Shown: positions 42,608 through 59,850 of the stretch, in pieces | Numbering within the stretch: position 1 is the stretch's first letter | Layout: each line of letters starts with the position of its first letter | Assembly: GCF_009914755.1 (NCBI RefSeq) | Contig: NC_060929.1 | Reading direction: 5' to 3' (one strand) | DNA from: the human T2T-CHM13v2.0 reference genome, Homo sapiens | Length of the DNA stretch: 64,000 bases | Notes under the pieces: generated by a model | What the model saw: only the letters and a program-made list of their open reading frames with translations | What the model was told of the DNA's origin: nothing | Database searches by the model: none | Translations under genes and position numbers: made by a program

Positions 42608-43424
42608 GTTATGTTAAAAATAAAAATCAGTAAAGTTTTTATAATCAAAATAAAATATAATAAAATTTAAAAACTCTCCAAAATCTCTGCCATAAAAACT
42701 GTAGAGACAAAAGTCAGCTCCTTTAGGGGTAGTGCAGCCTGCAGAAGCCACCACGTCGGCCAGGTGGTCGGCAAATGGCACAGACGCTCACTTGGCTCTG
42801 ACACCAGCTGGAGTCCCTGAGGCTGGAGACTGTCCTGGAGAGAAGAGCATTGTTTCCTGGCATAAGAGAAGTAGAAGAAAACCACTTCTGGGATGAAGTG
42901 AGCTCTAGTGGAATCCAAGAGCCTAGAGGCTCCCCATGGGTCCTTAGCGTTAGTGGCCAGCTGTGACCCTTCCGGTCTGCAGACCAGCTAACCACAGGGC
43001 CAACTGCACTGATTGAGCCCCTATTGTGTGCAGGAGCCTGTGTGGGCTAGGAGGCCCCACTGGTGGCTTGCGTGTGTGTTTGCATGTTTGTGTGAACCTC
43101 ATTTCCCTGGGGAGCCAAGTGAGAACGACCATCTTGTCAAAATGCCATTGCTAGTTGCGACAGGTGAGCGTTGATGGTACGACAGGTGCAAGAAGCTCTT
43201 TTATGCCAAGGAATATTCAAAATATTTCACTTACATTAAGCCATTCAACAGCCTCCTGCCCAGCAGCCCCATGGGGTAAGTATCACTATTGCCTCCCATT
43301 TTACAGATGAGAAGTGAAGTAAGGCACCTAAAGTCACCAAGATCTGAGGCTCCTGGTCGACACAAAGGTGGCATGCCCAGCACAACAACACACACCTCAC
43401 TCTTTGGTCCTGTCCTCTTGGGGT

Positions 43425-43728
43425 TTTTTTGTTTGTTTGTTTGTTTGTTTTTGAGACAGAGTCTCACTCTTGTCGCCCAGGCTGAAGTAGTGGTGCTATC
43501 TCTGCTCACTGCAACCTCTGCCTCCGGGTTCAAGTGAATCTCCTGCCTCAGCCTCCCGAGTAGCTGGGATTACAGGCATGTGCCACCACGCCAGCTAATT
43601 TTTGTATTTTTAGTAGAGACGTGGTTTCTCCATGTTGGCCGGGCTGGTCTTGAACTGACCTCAGGTGATCCTTCCGCCTTTGTCTCCCAAAGTGCTGGGA
43701 TTACAGGCATGAGCCACCGTGCCCGGCC
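43425..43728 (-). mobile_element. Full-length Alu (AluSp/Sq-like)
   Basis: TSD gtcctgtcctcttgg. Confidence 0.95.
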
Positions 43729-44412
43729 TGTCCTGTCCTCTTGGAACAGAAGTCAGCTCGCCTCTAGGAAGCAGGCTCCAAGAAAACACAATCATGGCCG
43801 CACCCTTGCACAGAAGTCGTGGCTCCCTCCCTACTGGGGCAGTGGGCATCTCCTGGGGTCAACGCTCAGTTATGAATACATTGCTTAAACTTGATCGTTG
43901 TGAGTTTCACACCCAGTTGGGAAAAAAGACTGGTTTGGTCAGTTGGCATTTCAGGAGTATCTAAAATATTGAAGTGTATTTAATATTTCAGTGTACTAGC
44001 TCAAGCTTTTGTGTGTTTTCATAAAAAAGTTGCTGCCAAACATATTTTGAATACCATTTGTGAGGACGTATGGCTCTTTCCACGCCTCTCAAAGGCCAGG
44101 GAAAGCAGAGTTGGAGGAAACCTCCTTTCCTCTCCTTCTAGAGAGTCATTTAAAAGTAGTGAGTACTTTGAGAAAATGCTTTTGACTCTTGGTCCCTTTT
44201 TTTGAGTATTAAATCAATTATAGCCACACAGCAAGCCTGCATCTCCATTCTTCATCCAGGGGCCACCAAAAAAAAAATAAAGCAGCTGAACAAATATAAG
44301 ATTCTGTACCATTTCCACCCCCTGGCCCCCCTGCCCCCCCGCCCCCCCCACAGCAGAAATGCTGCTTGTTTTTGGTCAATGGTCAAATGATAACCTGAAA
44401 GCTCAAGTTCCT

Positions 44413-44659
<247 letters not shown>

Positions 44660-44994
44660 CCAACCACCTGAGCAATTGCAAGTTGTAAGAGCTTTGGGTC
44701 AGAAATGCAGGTGTCTTCTGATCACCCAATTGCCGGGAAAGATGCCACAACAACACAAGAGGGAGGCCACTGTCAGTTCCAGCGTCATCCCCACTAGTAC
44801 CACTAGGGGGTCAGGCCACTCTGGCCACCATGGAATGCTCGTATGGTAGCCCTAAGTCATGGTTTTCCATTCACAGGGACAATGTGACCAATGAAGTAAG
44901 CAGTCAATACCTTTAGGACATCAAGGTGAACCATAATTGGGACACAGAAGTTTCTGGAAGAGGTAGGCTTGGGCAAGGCGGGTGAGCAGCAGGT

Positions 44995-45537
44995 TGTGTT
45001 TACCAAAAATGGCCATGATGCTGCCTTCTACACTCGTGTTCTTCTGCAGTGTGACCGTGTCATTCCCGCATGCAGAAGCAGAGTCTCTCCATCCCTGGGA
45101 ACCCAGGGCTGGCCTGTGGCTCCCTTGTGACTGATAGGATGGAGTAGAATCGATGCCGATGATGTCCCAGGCTGGCGTAGTGCTACAATCCGAGGCCAGG
45201 GCAGAACAGGCCTGATGCTGAGGCCTGGTTCCCTTGGAACGTTCCCTTCAGGAAGTTCCTGCTCAGAACTCCGCCTCTGTGCTGCCAGAAGCCCAAGGTA
45301 CAGGAAGCAGCCAGGCACTGGGGCTCATACACAGGCTTGGCTGAACCTGGCTTCCCAGGGCAGGGGTTAAGAGGGAAGAAGCCCCTGGAGGATGTCAGCC
45401 ATGGCCATTCACAGCTTCCTGGCTGAGGCTTCATCCTCTCCAAACTCCTGACTTGCAGAATCCCTGGGCATGGGAAAATGGTTCTTGTTTGATGCCATCA
45501 AATGTGGGATGCTTGTTACGCAGCATAGATAACTATG
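44995..45537 (+). mobile_element. MLT1G/H-like MaLR LTR
   Basis: ccaaaaatggcc...tgcagtgtgacc...caaactcctgac...ttgttacgcagcatagataact. Confidence 0.75.
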
Positions 45538-45624
45538 GTAAACCCCGTGTCATGGGCACTGTTGGGTGATGCAGGTCTGGGAATGGGGACATTTGGTGAG
45601 GCAAGGCCCTTTGGATTCTGGTTA

Positions 45625-45830
45625 GGAGAGCGAGTTCTAGAGCTGCCTAGGTTCAAATCCAGTCTCCACCACTTACCAGCTCTGTGGCAGTGGGAAAGTG
45701 ACTTAACCTCTCTGTGCCTTGCACGTCTTCCTCTGTGCAATGGAGGTGATAACAGTACACACCTGGGCAGGCTGTTTGAGGACCGAGTGTTGTTAGTGCC
45801 CGAAGAGCACCAGGCTCACGGGAAACGCTC
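45625..45830 (+). mobile_element. MIR
   Basis: ggttcaaatcc...ccacttaccagct...aagtgacttaacctctctgtgcct. Confidence 0.8.
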
Positions 45831-46367
45831 ATTCCGTGGTGTCACCTCTGATGGGCACAGGCCTAGGCCTCGACTGGACGGCTGGAAGACTGTGCAGGTC
45901 TAGAGGGTGCTTAGACTTGGCAGGCAATTGTATTTTTTTGTCTCACTAACTAAACTGGGAGAAGACAGTTATCTGTCTGTCTCTCATCATCTGTGCGTTG
46001 AGAATGTGGGGCATACAGAAAATGCTGTATTTTGACTGGAAGGAGTTGCAAGTTCCTGAAAAAAGCCTGCTGGTGGAATTGAGGCTGACATCAGGCCTGA
46101 GAAGGGGAGGGGAGGGCATTGGGGAGTGAGAGGGCTGGGCCTGGGCAAACGGGTTGGTATTGCTTTAGTGGGGTGCACGCACATGTGTGTGTGTGTGTGC
46201 ACATGTTTGTGCCTGTGTGTGTGTGTCTGTATGTGTGTGTGAATAGAGAGAGGTGGCCCCTAGAAAGGGTGAGAGATGCTCAGTCAAAACTCAGATGTGA
46301 GCCAGATTTAGACAATGAAGGGCCCAGTAGGCCACACTCAAGCAAGGTTGTGGCAGGGATCATGATC

Positions 46368-46704
46368 TGTATTAGTCCATTTTCACACTCCTGTGAAGAA
46401 ATACTCAAGACTGGGTAATTTATAAAGAAAAAGAGTTTAATGCACTCACAGTTCCACATGGTGGGGGAGGCCTCCCAATCATGGTGGAAGGTGAAGGAGG
46501 AGCAAAGGCACATTTTACATGGTGGCAGGCAAGAGAGCTTGTGCGGGGAACTACCCTTCATAAAATCATCAGATCTCCTGAGACTTATTCACTATCTCGA
46601 GAACAGCAGGGGAAAGACCCGTCCCCATGATTTGATTACCTCCCACTGGGATTATGGGAGTGATAATTCAGATTTGGGTGGGGACACAGAGCCAAATCAT
46701 TTCA
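46368..46704 (-). mobile_element. THE1 (THE1B/C-like) solo LTR
   Basis: tgtattagtcc...gatttgggtggggacacagagccaaatcatttca; perfect 5-bp TSD tgatc (46363-46367 / 46705-46709). Confidence 0.93.
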
Positions 46705-47124
46705 TGATCCAAGCCCACATTAGCCAGGGCAGCGGGCAGCAGGGTGGGAGACGTGGGAAGGGCACAAAAGGAAACAGAGTCAAGTCTTCTTCCAGGTGTT
46801 CTGCCTGTGCTGGGGGGGCCCTCTCACACCACCTCCTACTCAACCTGCAGGGCTGGGCTGGTGCATCAAGAGGGAGGTGGAATCTCATTCTCCCTGTGTG
46901 AGTGCACATGGAAATGTGATTTCACTCCTGGTTTAACTTTTCCCTTGCCCTCCAGCCCTCAGCTTCACTTTTTCGGGTGACCAAATAATGACAATTTTCA
47001 CATCGCCAGGTTTCCTTCAGCATTTGCTGACGGCCGACTGCCTTAGACACCAAACACATGTTATCCAGACGCCTGAAACGGCCATGCCCTGGGGAGCTGT
47101 TTAGTAGTTTTAAAGACCTTGAAA

Positions 47125-47728
<604 letters not shown>

Positions 47729-49199
47729 TCATTAAAACCTTTCTAATGGAGATCTCCCAGCCTGCAGCGGCTGTGATGGTGAACACCAGCCATGCAAAGC
47801 GTATGTCTGCTTAGTACCCTGAGTCTACAAACCGGAGGGAAGAGAGCCGAGAGAGCAAGCAACAAGTAATGACTGCTGCCCCTCCACAATCCCACCTGCT
47901 CGGCCCGGCATCTGCTACCCGGCCCTCCACACCATCTGCGCCCAGGGGGCTGGCCATTGCCAAGCCTCCCCACGTGGCCTTTCCAGAAGACAGTACCATC
48001 ACTGACCTCACTGTCATTGGCCCCATTCGCCGGCAGCTCTGGACACCAGATGGGCCTGGCGTGGAGCCTCATTGCTGGTGGTTAAGCAGTTTAGCTCACT
48101 TCTTACCTCAGCATCTTTGAGGACCCAGCCTGCCCAGGAGAATGCTCACTTCTTTCTGTTTTCCTTTGGGAATTCTATGAGGCTGCTTCAGGCACTGATT
48201 CATCCTGTACATTTTTCTCCCATGGGCATGCAGGCCTGAGTGTGTGGCTCACTTTGTGCAGATGGCCGGGGCCTCCTGCTGCAGACCAGGAGAACACGGC
48301 AGGCACCAGATTCTTCTCAACCTTCAGAATGCAAAGGTCCCAGAAAGGAGTCACCTTGAGAGCCGAGATGCAAACTTCTGTGTCACTAACGTTTGAACTG
48401 CTTTCAAACCTTGTGGCAAATTGTTTTGCATATATTCCCATTAACAAATAAACAAAACAAAACACACTTCAGTCTTGGAGGGTTGATTTGAATTCTAGAA
48501 ACAGCTGAGTCATTCACAGCCGAGTCTGGGGCACAAGGTGGGTGAGCCAATTTGGATAAGGTATTTTTAGGTGAAAAATGAGGAATGACTTTAAAGCAAT
48601 CCAACTGATTTTCATAAGTGACTCTTAGCCTGAATTTGGTGAGTGTGACAGACATCTTGGGCAAAGGGAGTTGTATTGTTCTAGAAGTATTATTTCCCAA
48701 GATAGCCCATGAAGACATTCATTCAGATGGGAAAACTGAGAACTTTTTTTTTCTGCCACTTCGAGAAAGAAAATTAGTGTTCTTTTCTTTTTTCTTTCAA
48801 CCAATCATATTCATTTATACAAGTACACAAGTACTGTATACCAGAATGATCAAGGTAATGTCCCCCAAAAAGACATTAGACCATCCTGTAAAGATGTCCT
48901 TGCTTTAGAAAGGAATCAATTTGTTGGTATGTGCTGACCATTTCCCACTTTCTTTTCTGTCTTCATGCAAGTAGCAGAGGCCCCTGAGTGGCAGAGGTAC
49001 AGGATTGACCCTTGTTCTTCTCACCTGGCAAAGCCACCGTGCCAGGATGCATTCACTACCTCCCTCCTGACCAAAGGCATCCATGACATGCTGAGTTTCT
49101 AGGGCAGACCCATGGTCAGTCCATCCAACATCCAAGCCTCCTCTCTGCCTTACCAAGAGAACCTTCATTCAACCCTGCAAAACTCATCCTCCTGGCAGC

Positions 49200-49490
49200 C
49201 AAGGGCTCACTGAATGGAGGCAGAAGTCAACTGACTTCTGCAAAATCTTAGCTTTCCCAATAAAAGACAGACATGCTCACAGCTTCCTCTTCTCCCACTT
49301 CTTACTTTCTCAAAGATAGACATGATGTCTGGAGCTACAGCAGTGCATTTGAAACCAAGAGGAAACCAGCCTGAGAATGAAGAGCCAACCTGACAAAGAC
49401 AAGGAAAAGCCTGCATGCCTGATGGCATTGTCCAGCAACGGAAGCAAGACCAGCAATTTGTGACTGCTGGGCTTCTCAGCATATGGGACA
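49200..49490 (+). mobile_element. Old MaLR (MLT1I/J-like) fragment
   Basis: gacatgatgtctggagctacagcag...cctgatggcattgt. Confidence 0.55.
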
Positions 49491-49739
49491 CACGAGACCC
49501 TCTGCTCCTAGCAGCAGATACAGATCAACCTCACACACAGGGTATTCCTTTGTTTAACATGGTAAGTGCTGTGTGGCAGTGTACCTGGGGACCAAACGCA
49601 CTTCCGAACCTCAGCTGAGTCTATTCATTTAGAGAAAGGGTGGGAAGAACCACGAACTTAAAGGCTGATAATTCTCATCTTGAGAGAATTCTGGAATCAA
49701 TAGGTCTAACATGTTTAGTTTCTGACTTAAAATGCACTA

Positions 49740-50480
<741 letters not shown>

Positions 50481-50759
50481 TTAGATTTCTGTTCTGGGGA
50501 GGGGCAAAAGGCATCTGGTTTTTAGTCTGTGCCTGCTGTGTCCGAGAGACTCCACCTACATCACCTCATTTAACTCCCACACCCACTTTGACAAGGAAAC
50601 TTTATTCTCTCTTTTATATTTTCTGAACCTAAGTCTCAGAGAGGTTGAGTAATTTGCCCAAAGTCACACAGCTGGTTGAGCAGATCCGACTCCCCAGCAT
50701 TGATCTCTCCCACAGCAGCAACCCAGCCTTGCACATAATGAGACTTCAGTCATAATCGC

Positions 50760-51067
50760 TTTTCTTTTCTTTTTTCTTCTTTTTGAAGCAGAGTCTCCCT
50801 CTGTCAGTCAGGCTGGAGTGCAGGGTTGTTAACATGGCTCACCACAGTCTTGACTTCCTGGGCTCAAGCCGTCCTCCCACCTCCCGCGTAGCTGGAACCA
50901 CAGGCATGTACCACCATGTCCGGCTAATTTAAAACATTTTTTTTTTTCCTTACAGGCAGGGTCTCACTTTGTTGCCCAGGCTGGTCTTGAACTCCTGGGC
51001 TCAAACAACCCTCCTGCCTCAGCCTCCAGAAGTGCTGGGATTGCAGGCGTGAGCCACCGCACCCTCC
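50760..51067 (-). mobile_element. Full-length AluJ
   Basis: cctgggctcaa in both arms. Confidence 0.9.
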
Positions 51068-52004
51068 ATCTTCTTGATGGAAATCTGTCAGTGAAGAACC
51101 CGCAAGTGACTGGTAATGCTCTATTTTCTCAGTCACAAACTGAGATGCACAGGTTTTATTTTTCTTTTGGTGGGGACAGGAGAGTGGGAGCCAAAATTTG
51201 TCACTGTAAAGACTCCCACCCTCCTGTCCTCACCAAAAGAAAAAGAAAACTTTGCATCTGAGGTTGCGACTGAGCAAACAGAACATTAACTTAGGGAAAT
51301 TTCTCCGTCCGTGCATTAACTGAAGGAAACTGCCGTGTTGCTCTCTGCACTATTTAGAGAGAATGTGAGTTAGGAACTGTTGGAAGAGACATGAATAGAT
51401 ATGAAATTTTTGTCATGACAAAACTAATGCTGTGTTAATAAGAAACAGATGAAGGACCCATCTGTTTCATTCCTTTCTCTTCTTAAGAGGATATAGCCGA
51501 ATTATGGTTAAGTAACCCTGAGGACAGTTACATGATAGCCTTTCTCATGTCAAATGTGTGGAAAGAGAGTGTGAGGTCGAAGTTTCAGGTATTGTAAATA
51601 AATATCTTGTGACCTGAACAACTTTTTAATTAGCTTAATTTCTACCAAAAAAAAAAAAAAAAAAAAAATCCAGAATGCTGTACTGCAGCCAAGTGAATGA
51701 ATACATGTAAGGTGTCTGTGTCAGGGCTGAGAATGACAGGGCCGGGCAAGTCCAAACCTGCCTCTTCTCATGCCATCGTCTCACATGGCGCCCCTGAGGA
51801 AGTAGCAGGAACAGGAGAGGGGACTGGATTGCCCCCTATGGGCTGAATTGTGTCCCCCCCCAAAATTCATCTGCTGAAGTCCTAAGCCCCAGTACCTCAG
51901 TATGTGACTTTATTTGGAAATAAGATTGTTGCAGATGTAATTTGTCAAGATGAAGTCATGCTGGAATAAGGTGGATCCCATAATCCAATATGAGTGGGTT
52001 TTTA

Positions 52005-53386
<1,382 letters not shown>

Positions 53387-53931
53387 CCTGCATGTGACAG
53401 ACACACATGCAGGAAGAATGCCATGTGAAGGCAGAGGCAGAGATTGGGATGATGTGTGTACAAGCCAAGGATGCCGAAGATCTCCAGCAAAGCCCAGGAG
53501 TGAGGAGAGAGGCCTGGAACAAGTTCTCCCACACAGCCTCAGAAGGAAGCAACCCCGTCCACACCTTGATCTTGGACTTCCAGTTTGCAGAACTGTGAGA
53601 CGATGCATTCTGGTGGTGGGAGCCCCCAGTACACGGTGCTGGGTTGCAGCACCCAGAGCCAGACAACGCACCCCACGAGGAAGCTGAGCTTGACAACTAA
53701 GAGGTTGCAGTTTTCCAAGGTGGAGACATGTTTGCTCATGTCTGTCCACGTTTTTCCTTTTATGGAATGGAGCCCTTGGTACACGTCAGGCAACTTGCTG
53801 AACTTTTAGAAAACTGATCACACCTTCCCTGCCTTCCAAGAGTCCTCATTCTTGGGGACAGAATGTACCTCATAACTTGGTGTGTCCTTAAGACTGTCTC
53901 CGTGTTGAGTGCTGGGTGATTTTAGGAGTAT

Positions 53932-54110
53932 TTGTATGTGTATGTCCGTGTGTGTGTGTGTGTGTGTGTGTATGCATGCATGCGTGGGTATAGATGTGTG
54001 AATGTGTGTGTGTATGAGAGTGTTGGGTGTGAATCTGTCTGCATGTGCATGTGTATTTGTGTGCATATGAGTGTGTGGCTGTGTAGAAGTGTGAGCGTGT
54101 GTGTGAGTGA
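53932..54110 (+). repeat. Imperfect (TG)n tract
   Basis: About 180 bp of TG-rich alternating sequence. Confidence 0.9.
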
Positions 54111-54759
54111 GCTCTCACAGGAAGTCTGTCAGGGGCTTTGGCCCCTCGTCACTCTGGAAGTAGAGGCTGGAGAAAGAGAAACCCACCACAGGGTCTCTTG
54201 GCTACACATAGACAGGGCGGGGTCTTGCTGTACCTGGGGAAGGTTTGGGTCTGCGATGGGGCACCTCACCCTCAGGAGGAGCTGAGTGTGTCCTGAGCCC
54301 CCCACAGCCTGATCCTCAGGGCCGGCTGCCACGAGGCTTAGCTTGATGCCCCGCTCACCAAGGAAGCCCCTGGGACTGGATCCACAGGACCAACACCAAT
54401 GAAAAGGGGAAAGGTGGGTTGAAACATTTTTGCAAGGAGAAAACACTGCATAGAACTCTATTGTCTTACAATTGGGGCTAATTTAACAAGACACTGTATG
54501 TCCACATAACAGAAAATTATGCAGCCATCAAAAGTGAAATTTGAGGAATTTTTAGTGCCTGGGAAGCTGCTTCTGATGGATGGAAAATATCAGAGTTCAA
54601 AATGGCGGCGACAGTGTCATCAGACTCAGGTGTTGTACAAACTTCCTGGGTTCGAATTTGGACTCGCCACTGGCCGGGTGTGCATCCTAGGGTGTTACCA
54701 ACCTCCCTATCCTGGTTTCTTCATTGGTTAAGTGGGAACAACAAGAGTACCAACCCCAC

Positions 54760-54950
54760 AGGCCAAAGGGTGGCATTTAAGGGGCTCTTGATGAAAAAGC
54801 CCTGATTTGTCGCATCTAGTGACTTCGGTGGCAAATACTCCCATAATGGCCAATATCACGCTCCCAGTGACTTAACAACCTATTGACAGAATTTCTGAAA
54901 ACTTAAGTCACCCTCACAAGCCAGCCAGGGCTAACTCCAGCACAGCACAG
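54760..54950. mobile_element. MER63-like hAT relic
   Basis: aaaaagccctgatttgt...aaatactccca...ctccagcacagcacag. Confidence 0.6.
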
Positions 54951-55180
54951 CTAGGGGCTTTGGGGATTAAATAAATACATGCTTTGAGCAATGCATAACA
55001 CAAAAGATAAATAGGAGCTATCACGTCCACTGCATCCTATTTCGACACAAATTGCCAGAAAAATAAGTAAAATAAAAAGAACAATGTGTGTGCAAACCAT
55101 GGTATGTGGTGGACTGAGGGTGGTGATTACAACTCTGTCCATCTGAGGTCCAAAGGATAACTTAAAATACGTGTATGGCT

Positions 55181-55583
<403 letters not shown>

Positions 55584-55906
55584 TCATTTAATGTCATTTA
55601 AAGGAGGGAGGAGTTCTGAAGGTGGGCGCTCTAACTCTTGGGATAGGACCAAGGGAATGAAGCCCCCAGGGGCTTGGGGAAAGGCGTGGTCATCACAGAG
55701 AGTCAGGGAGGACTGCCTGGGGTGGAGAGAGGCTGCTGAAGGGCCTGTCCCCATCAACACCCATTAGGTGACTCAGCTTTCATGACACCTTCACTCCTTC
55801 CAATCTAAAGGGGAGGCTTTTTCTTGGCACAACCTGCCTCTTAGACACAGTGAGAGGGAATCAGCCGGGCTTTCTGTCTGGGCTTGTGGGTGGTCCTGAC
55901 ACTGGA

Positions 55907-56346
55907 TGTGCTGGGTTGAATAATGTCCCCCCAAAACTCATATCCATTCATATCTCAGAATGTGGCCTTATTTGGAAATAGGGTCTTTGCAGATGGGGTT
56001 GGTTAAAATGAGACCATTCTGGAGCAGGGGGGTCCTCATCCTTATGACTGGCGTCCGTATGAGAAGGGGCACTTTGAAGACAGGCACAGGGGAGAAGGCC
56101 CTGTGGCAGTGGAGGCAGAGACAGGAGCTGTGTGGCCACAGCCAGGAGCGCCAAGGCTGGCCTGGCCACCAGCAGTGGGCAGAGAGGCTGGAAGAGGTCC
56201 TCCCTTAGAGCCTCCAGAAGGAACCAGTGTTGCTGACACCTGGAGTTTGGATTTCTGGCCCCCAGAACGGTGAGAAACACACATTTCTGTTTTTAAGCTA
56301 CCCAATTTGTAATGTTTGGTTATGGGGGCCCCAGGATATGAACACA
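55907..56346 (+). mobile_element. MLT1C-like solo LTR
   Basis: tgtgctgggttgaat...aacaca; TSD ctgga/ctggg. Confidence 0.88.
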
Positions 56347-56359
56347 CTGGGCCCAGGCC

Positions 56360-56835
56360 AGGAAGCCCCCTAGGGTCCCCCCCGCAGGCCCCCAACTCTT
56401 TACCTTCGATCCCTTCCTGCCCTCCCTATCCTGGGGTCCTCCTTGAAGCCACCTCCACTCGAAGCCACCTCCACTTGACGCCATCCCCAGCACCCTCGGT
56501 CCTCTCCCCCTAACTGTAGTTCTCTCCCCGCCACCCCTTCCCCCAGCCCTCCGTCTCCTCCAACCCGCGCCCTGGGTCCCCTCCTCGCCCCGCCCCCGAC
56601 GTCCCCGGGTCCCCTCCCCTCCTCTGCCAGCGTCTCCACCCCGCTGGCTAACGCAGGGCTGAGTCCTCACCCAGCAGCTTAGGGCCCCTCAGAACTAGAG
56701 CGGCAGGAGATTAAGGGTTGCTAATTTGGAAGCAGGGACTGATGTTCTATAAAAAGCAGGGAGGCTTTGGGATCTGTTTGGTTTTTAAGTTTCTAAGCCA
56801 TTTTAGAAACTCGTCCTACACACAAAATGGTGAGG
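56360..56835 (+). promoter_or_regulatory. Candidate GC-rich promoter/enhancer
   Basis: Non-repeat C-rich, CpG-retaining patch with GC boxes (gccccgcccc ~56587); TATAAAAA at 56748-56755. Motif evidence only. Confidence 0.3.
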
Positions 56836-57138
56836 TCCGGGGGATCTGTCTCTGCCTCGCCCTTTCCCCTCCGGGATCGGTCTCTTCCCCTCCCCACCTG
56901 CCTCCTGGGACCCTCCAGGAGGAGAGGGGCCTGCAGCAGGGAGAGGAGTGTCCTGTCCTGGAGGAAGAGCTGGGAGGAGAGGACCCTCCCACAGTTCTGG
57001 GTGGGAATGGTGGGAGGGTCCTAGGGCCTCTTGCGCCAGGGCAGAGGTGGAGGGGGCGTGGAGGTGGGTGAGTGGCCCCACAGCCCGTGTGCCCACCACG
57101 GCCCTGCCAACAGCCTGTGCATTTCAGAAAAGCATCAT

Positions 57139-57595
57139 AGCCCGTGAGGTTGTGGCGTCTGTGGTCCCAGTGCTTTGGGAGGCTGAGGTGGGAGGATCAC
57201 TTGAGGCCAGGAGCTCGAGGCTGCAGTGAGCTAAGATTGCGCCACTTCACTCCAGCCTAGGTGACAGAGCGAGATCCTGTCCAAAAAGAAAAGAAAAAGG
57301 CTGGGCGCGGTGGCTCACCCCTATAATCCCAGCACTTTGGGAGGGCGAGGCGGGCGGATCATGAGGTCAAGAGATGGAGACCATCCTGGCCAACATGGTG
57401 AAACTCGTCTCTACAAAAAATACAAAAATTAGCTGGGCGTGGTGGCGAGTGCCTGTAGTCCCAGCTACTCGGGAGGCTGAGGCAGGAGAATTGCTTGAAC
57501 CTGGGAGGCGAGGTTGCAGTGAGCTGAGATCGTGCCATTGCACTCCGGCGTAGTAAGAGTGAGACTCTGCCTCAAAAAAAAAAAAAAAAAAAAAA
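57139..57595 (+). mobile_element. FRAM/right Alu monomer followed by an AluSc-like element
   Basis: Monomer at 57139-57298; Alu at 57299-57595 with ggtcaagagat...gaccatcctggcc. Confidence 0.9.
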
Positions 57596-58715
57596 GAGAG
57601 AGAGAGAGGGGTGCGGGGGTTGGCGAGGGGGAAGAAAAGCTTTCTAGGAGAAGAACCCCAGGGAATGAGTCTCTCTTGTTGACATCATTGAGCCCTGGGG
57701 GAAAACATTTTGGGTGGGGGCCTTCCAGAGATGCTGTGGAAGTACCATAATACGTGCCAGGGACACACACACAGACATCTGTGCCTCTTGAAGCCGGGGT
57801 TAGCGAGGCCTGGGTTGGAAGAGCAGCACAGCTTTCTTCTGCTACAGAGGAGGCATTCAGTGCTGAAAAAGCCAGAATGTTGAAGATGGCTGTGAAATGT
57901 CATTTTACTCATTTTCCCATCTTTCTCATCAGGGAGCCAGGGAGCAAGCTCAGTGACTTTGGAAAGCAGCTGTGTGGACCCACACGTGCACACACAGGCA
58001 CATATGTGCACGCACGTGCCCACACACAGCCATAAGGGAAAGTATGTGGTTGTCTCAGCTCAGTAGTGAGCAGGTTACGTAGAATCTGGAAGCCTTGAGT
58101 GAACCCATTCCAATTCCTCTCTGTCGGCGGAAAATACACTAAGTGGTTTTTTGTTTTTGTTTTTGTTTTTGAAATTCACTCGAAGTATTTTTTCTGCCCA
58201 TCACAAGCCATTTCATTCATAAGCCAAACGTTCCTCCCTCAAAAGCTCGTTCCCTGTGACGAGGCCTTCGTGTTCTCAGAGAGGAATTCCGGGATGTTTG
58301 TTTGGGGACATAACATCTGCTGTGTAGCTGTGAAAAGGAAGGATGCAAAGCCCTCAGGGCAGGAGGCACCCAAGGCAGAACGGTGACAGCAGAGTCACAG
58401 GGTGGCCCGCAGCTCCCGCCATTCGTATTACTATATGTCCCCATGTAATTAGGTACAGGGAACCCGGGCAGGGGGACCCTGGTGTGGTGGGAGCGTCAGC
58501 TTAGGGATGGCCCTGCCCCTTGTCCTCTGGAGACTTGAGGCTGCTCCTGGCCTCTCAGGACACAGACCTGGGTGGGAGGGCAGGAGGTGACAAAATCAGG
58601 GATGCCCCAGCCTGGACATGGCACAGGGAGATGTTTACGGGGCAACCTTGTCCCTTGACGTCCCTTCTCAGGAAACAAAGGGTGTCAGGCTGTCTAGTGG
58701 CAAACCCAGCCCTAA

Positions 58716-59850
<1,135 letters not shown>

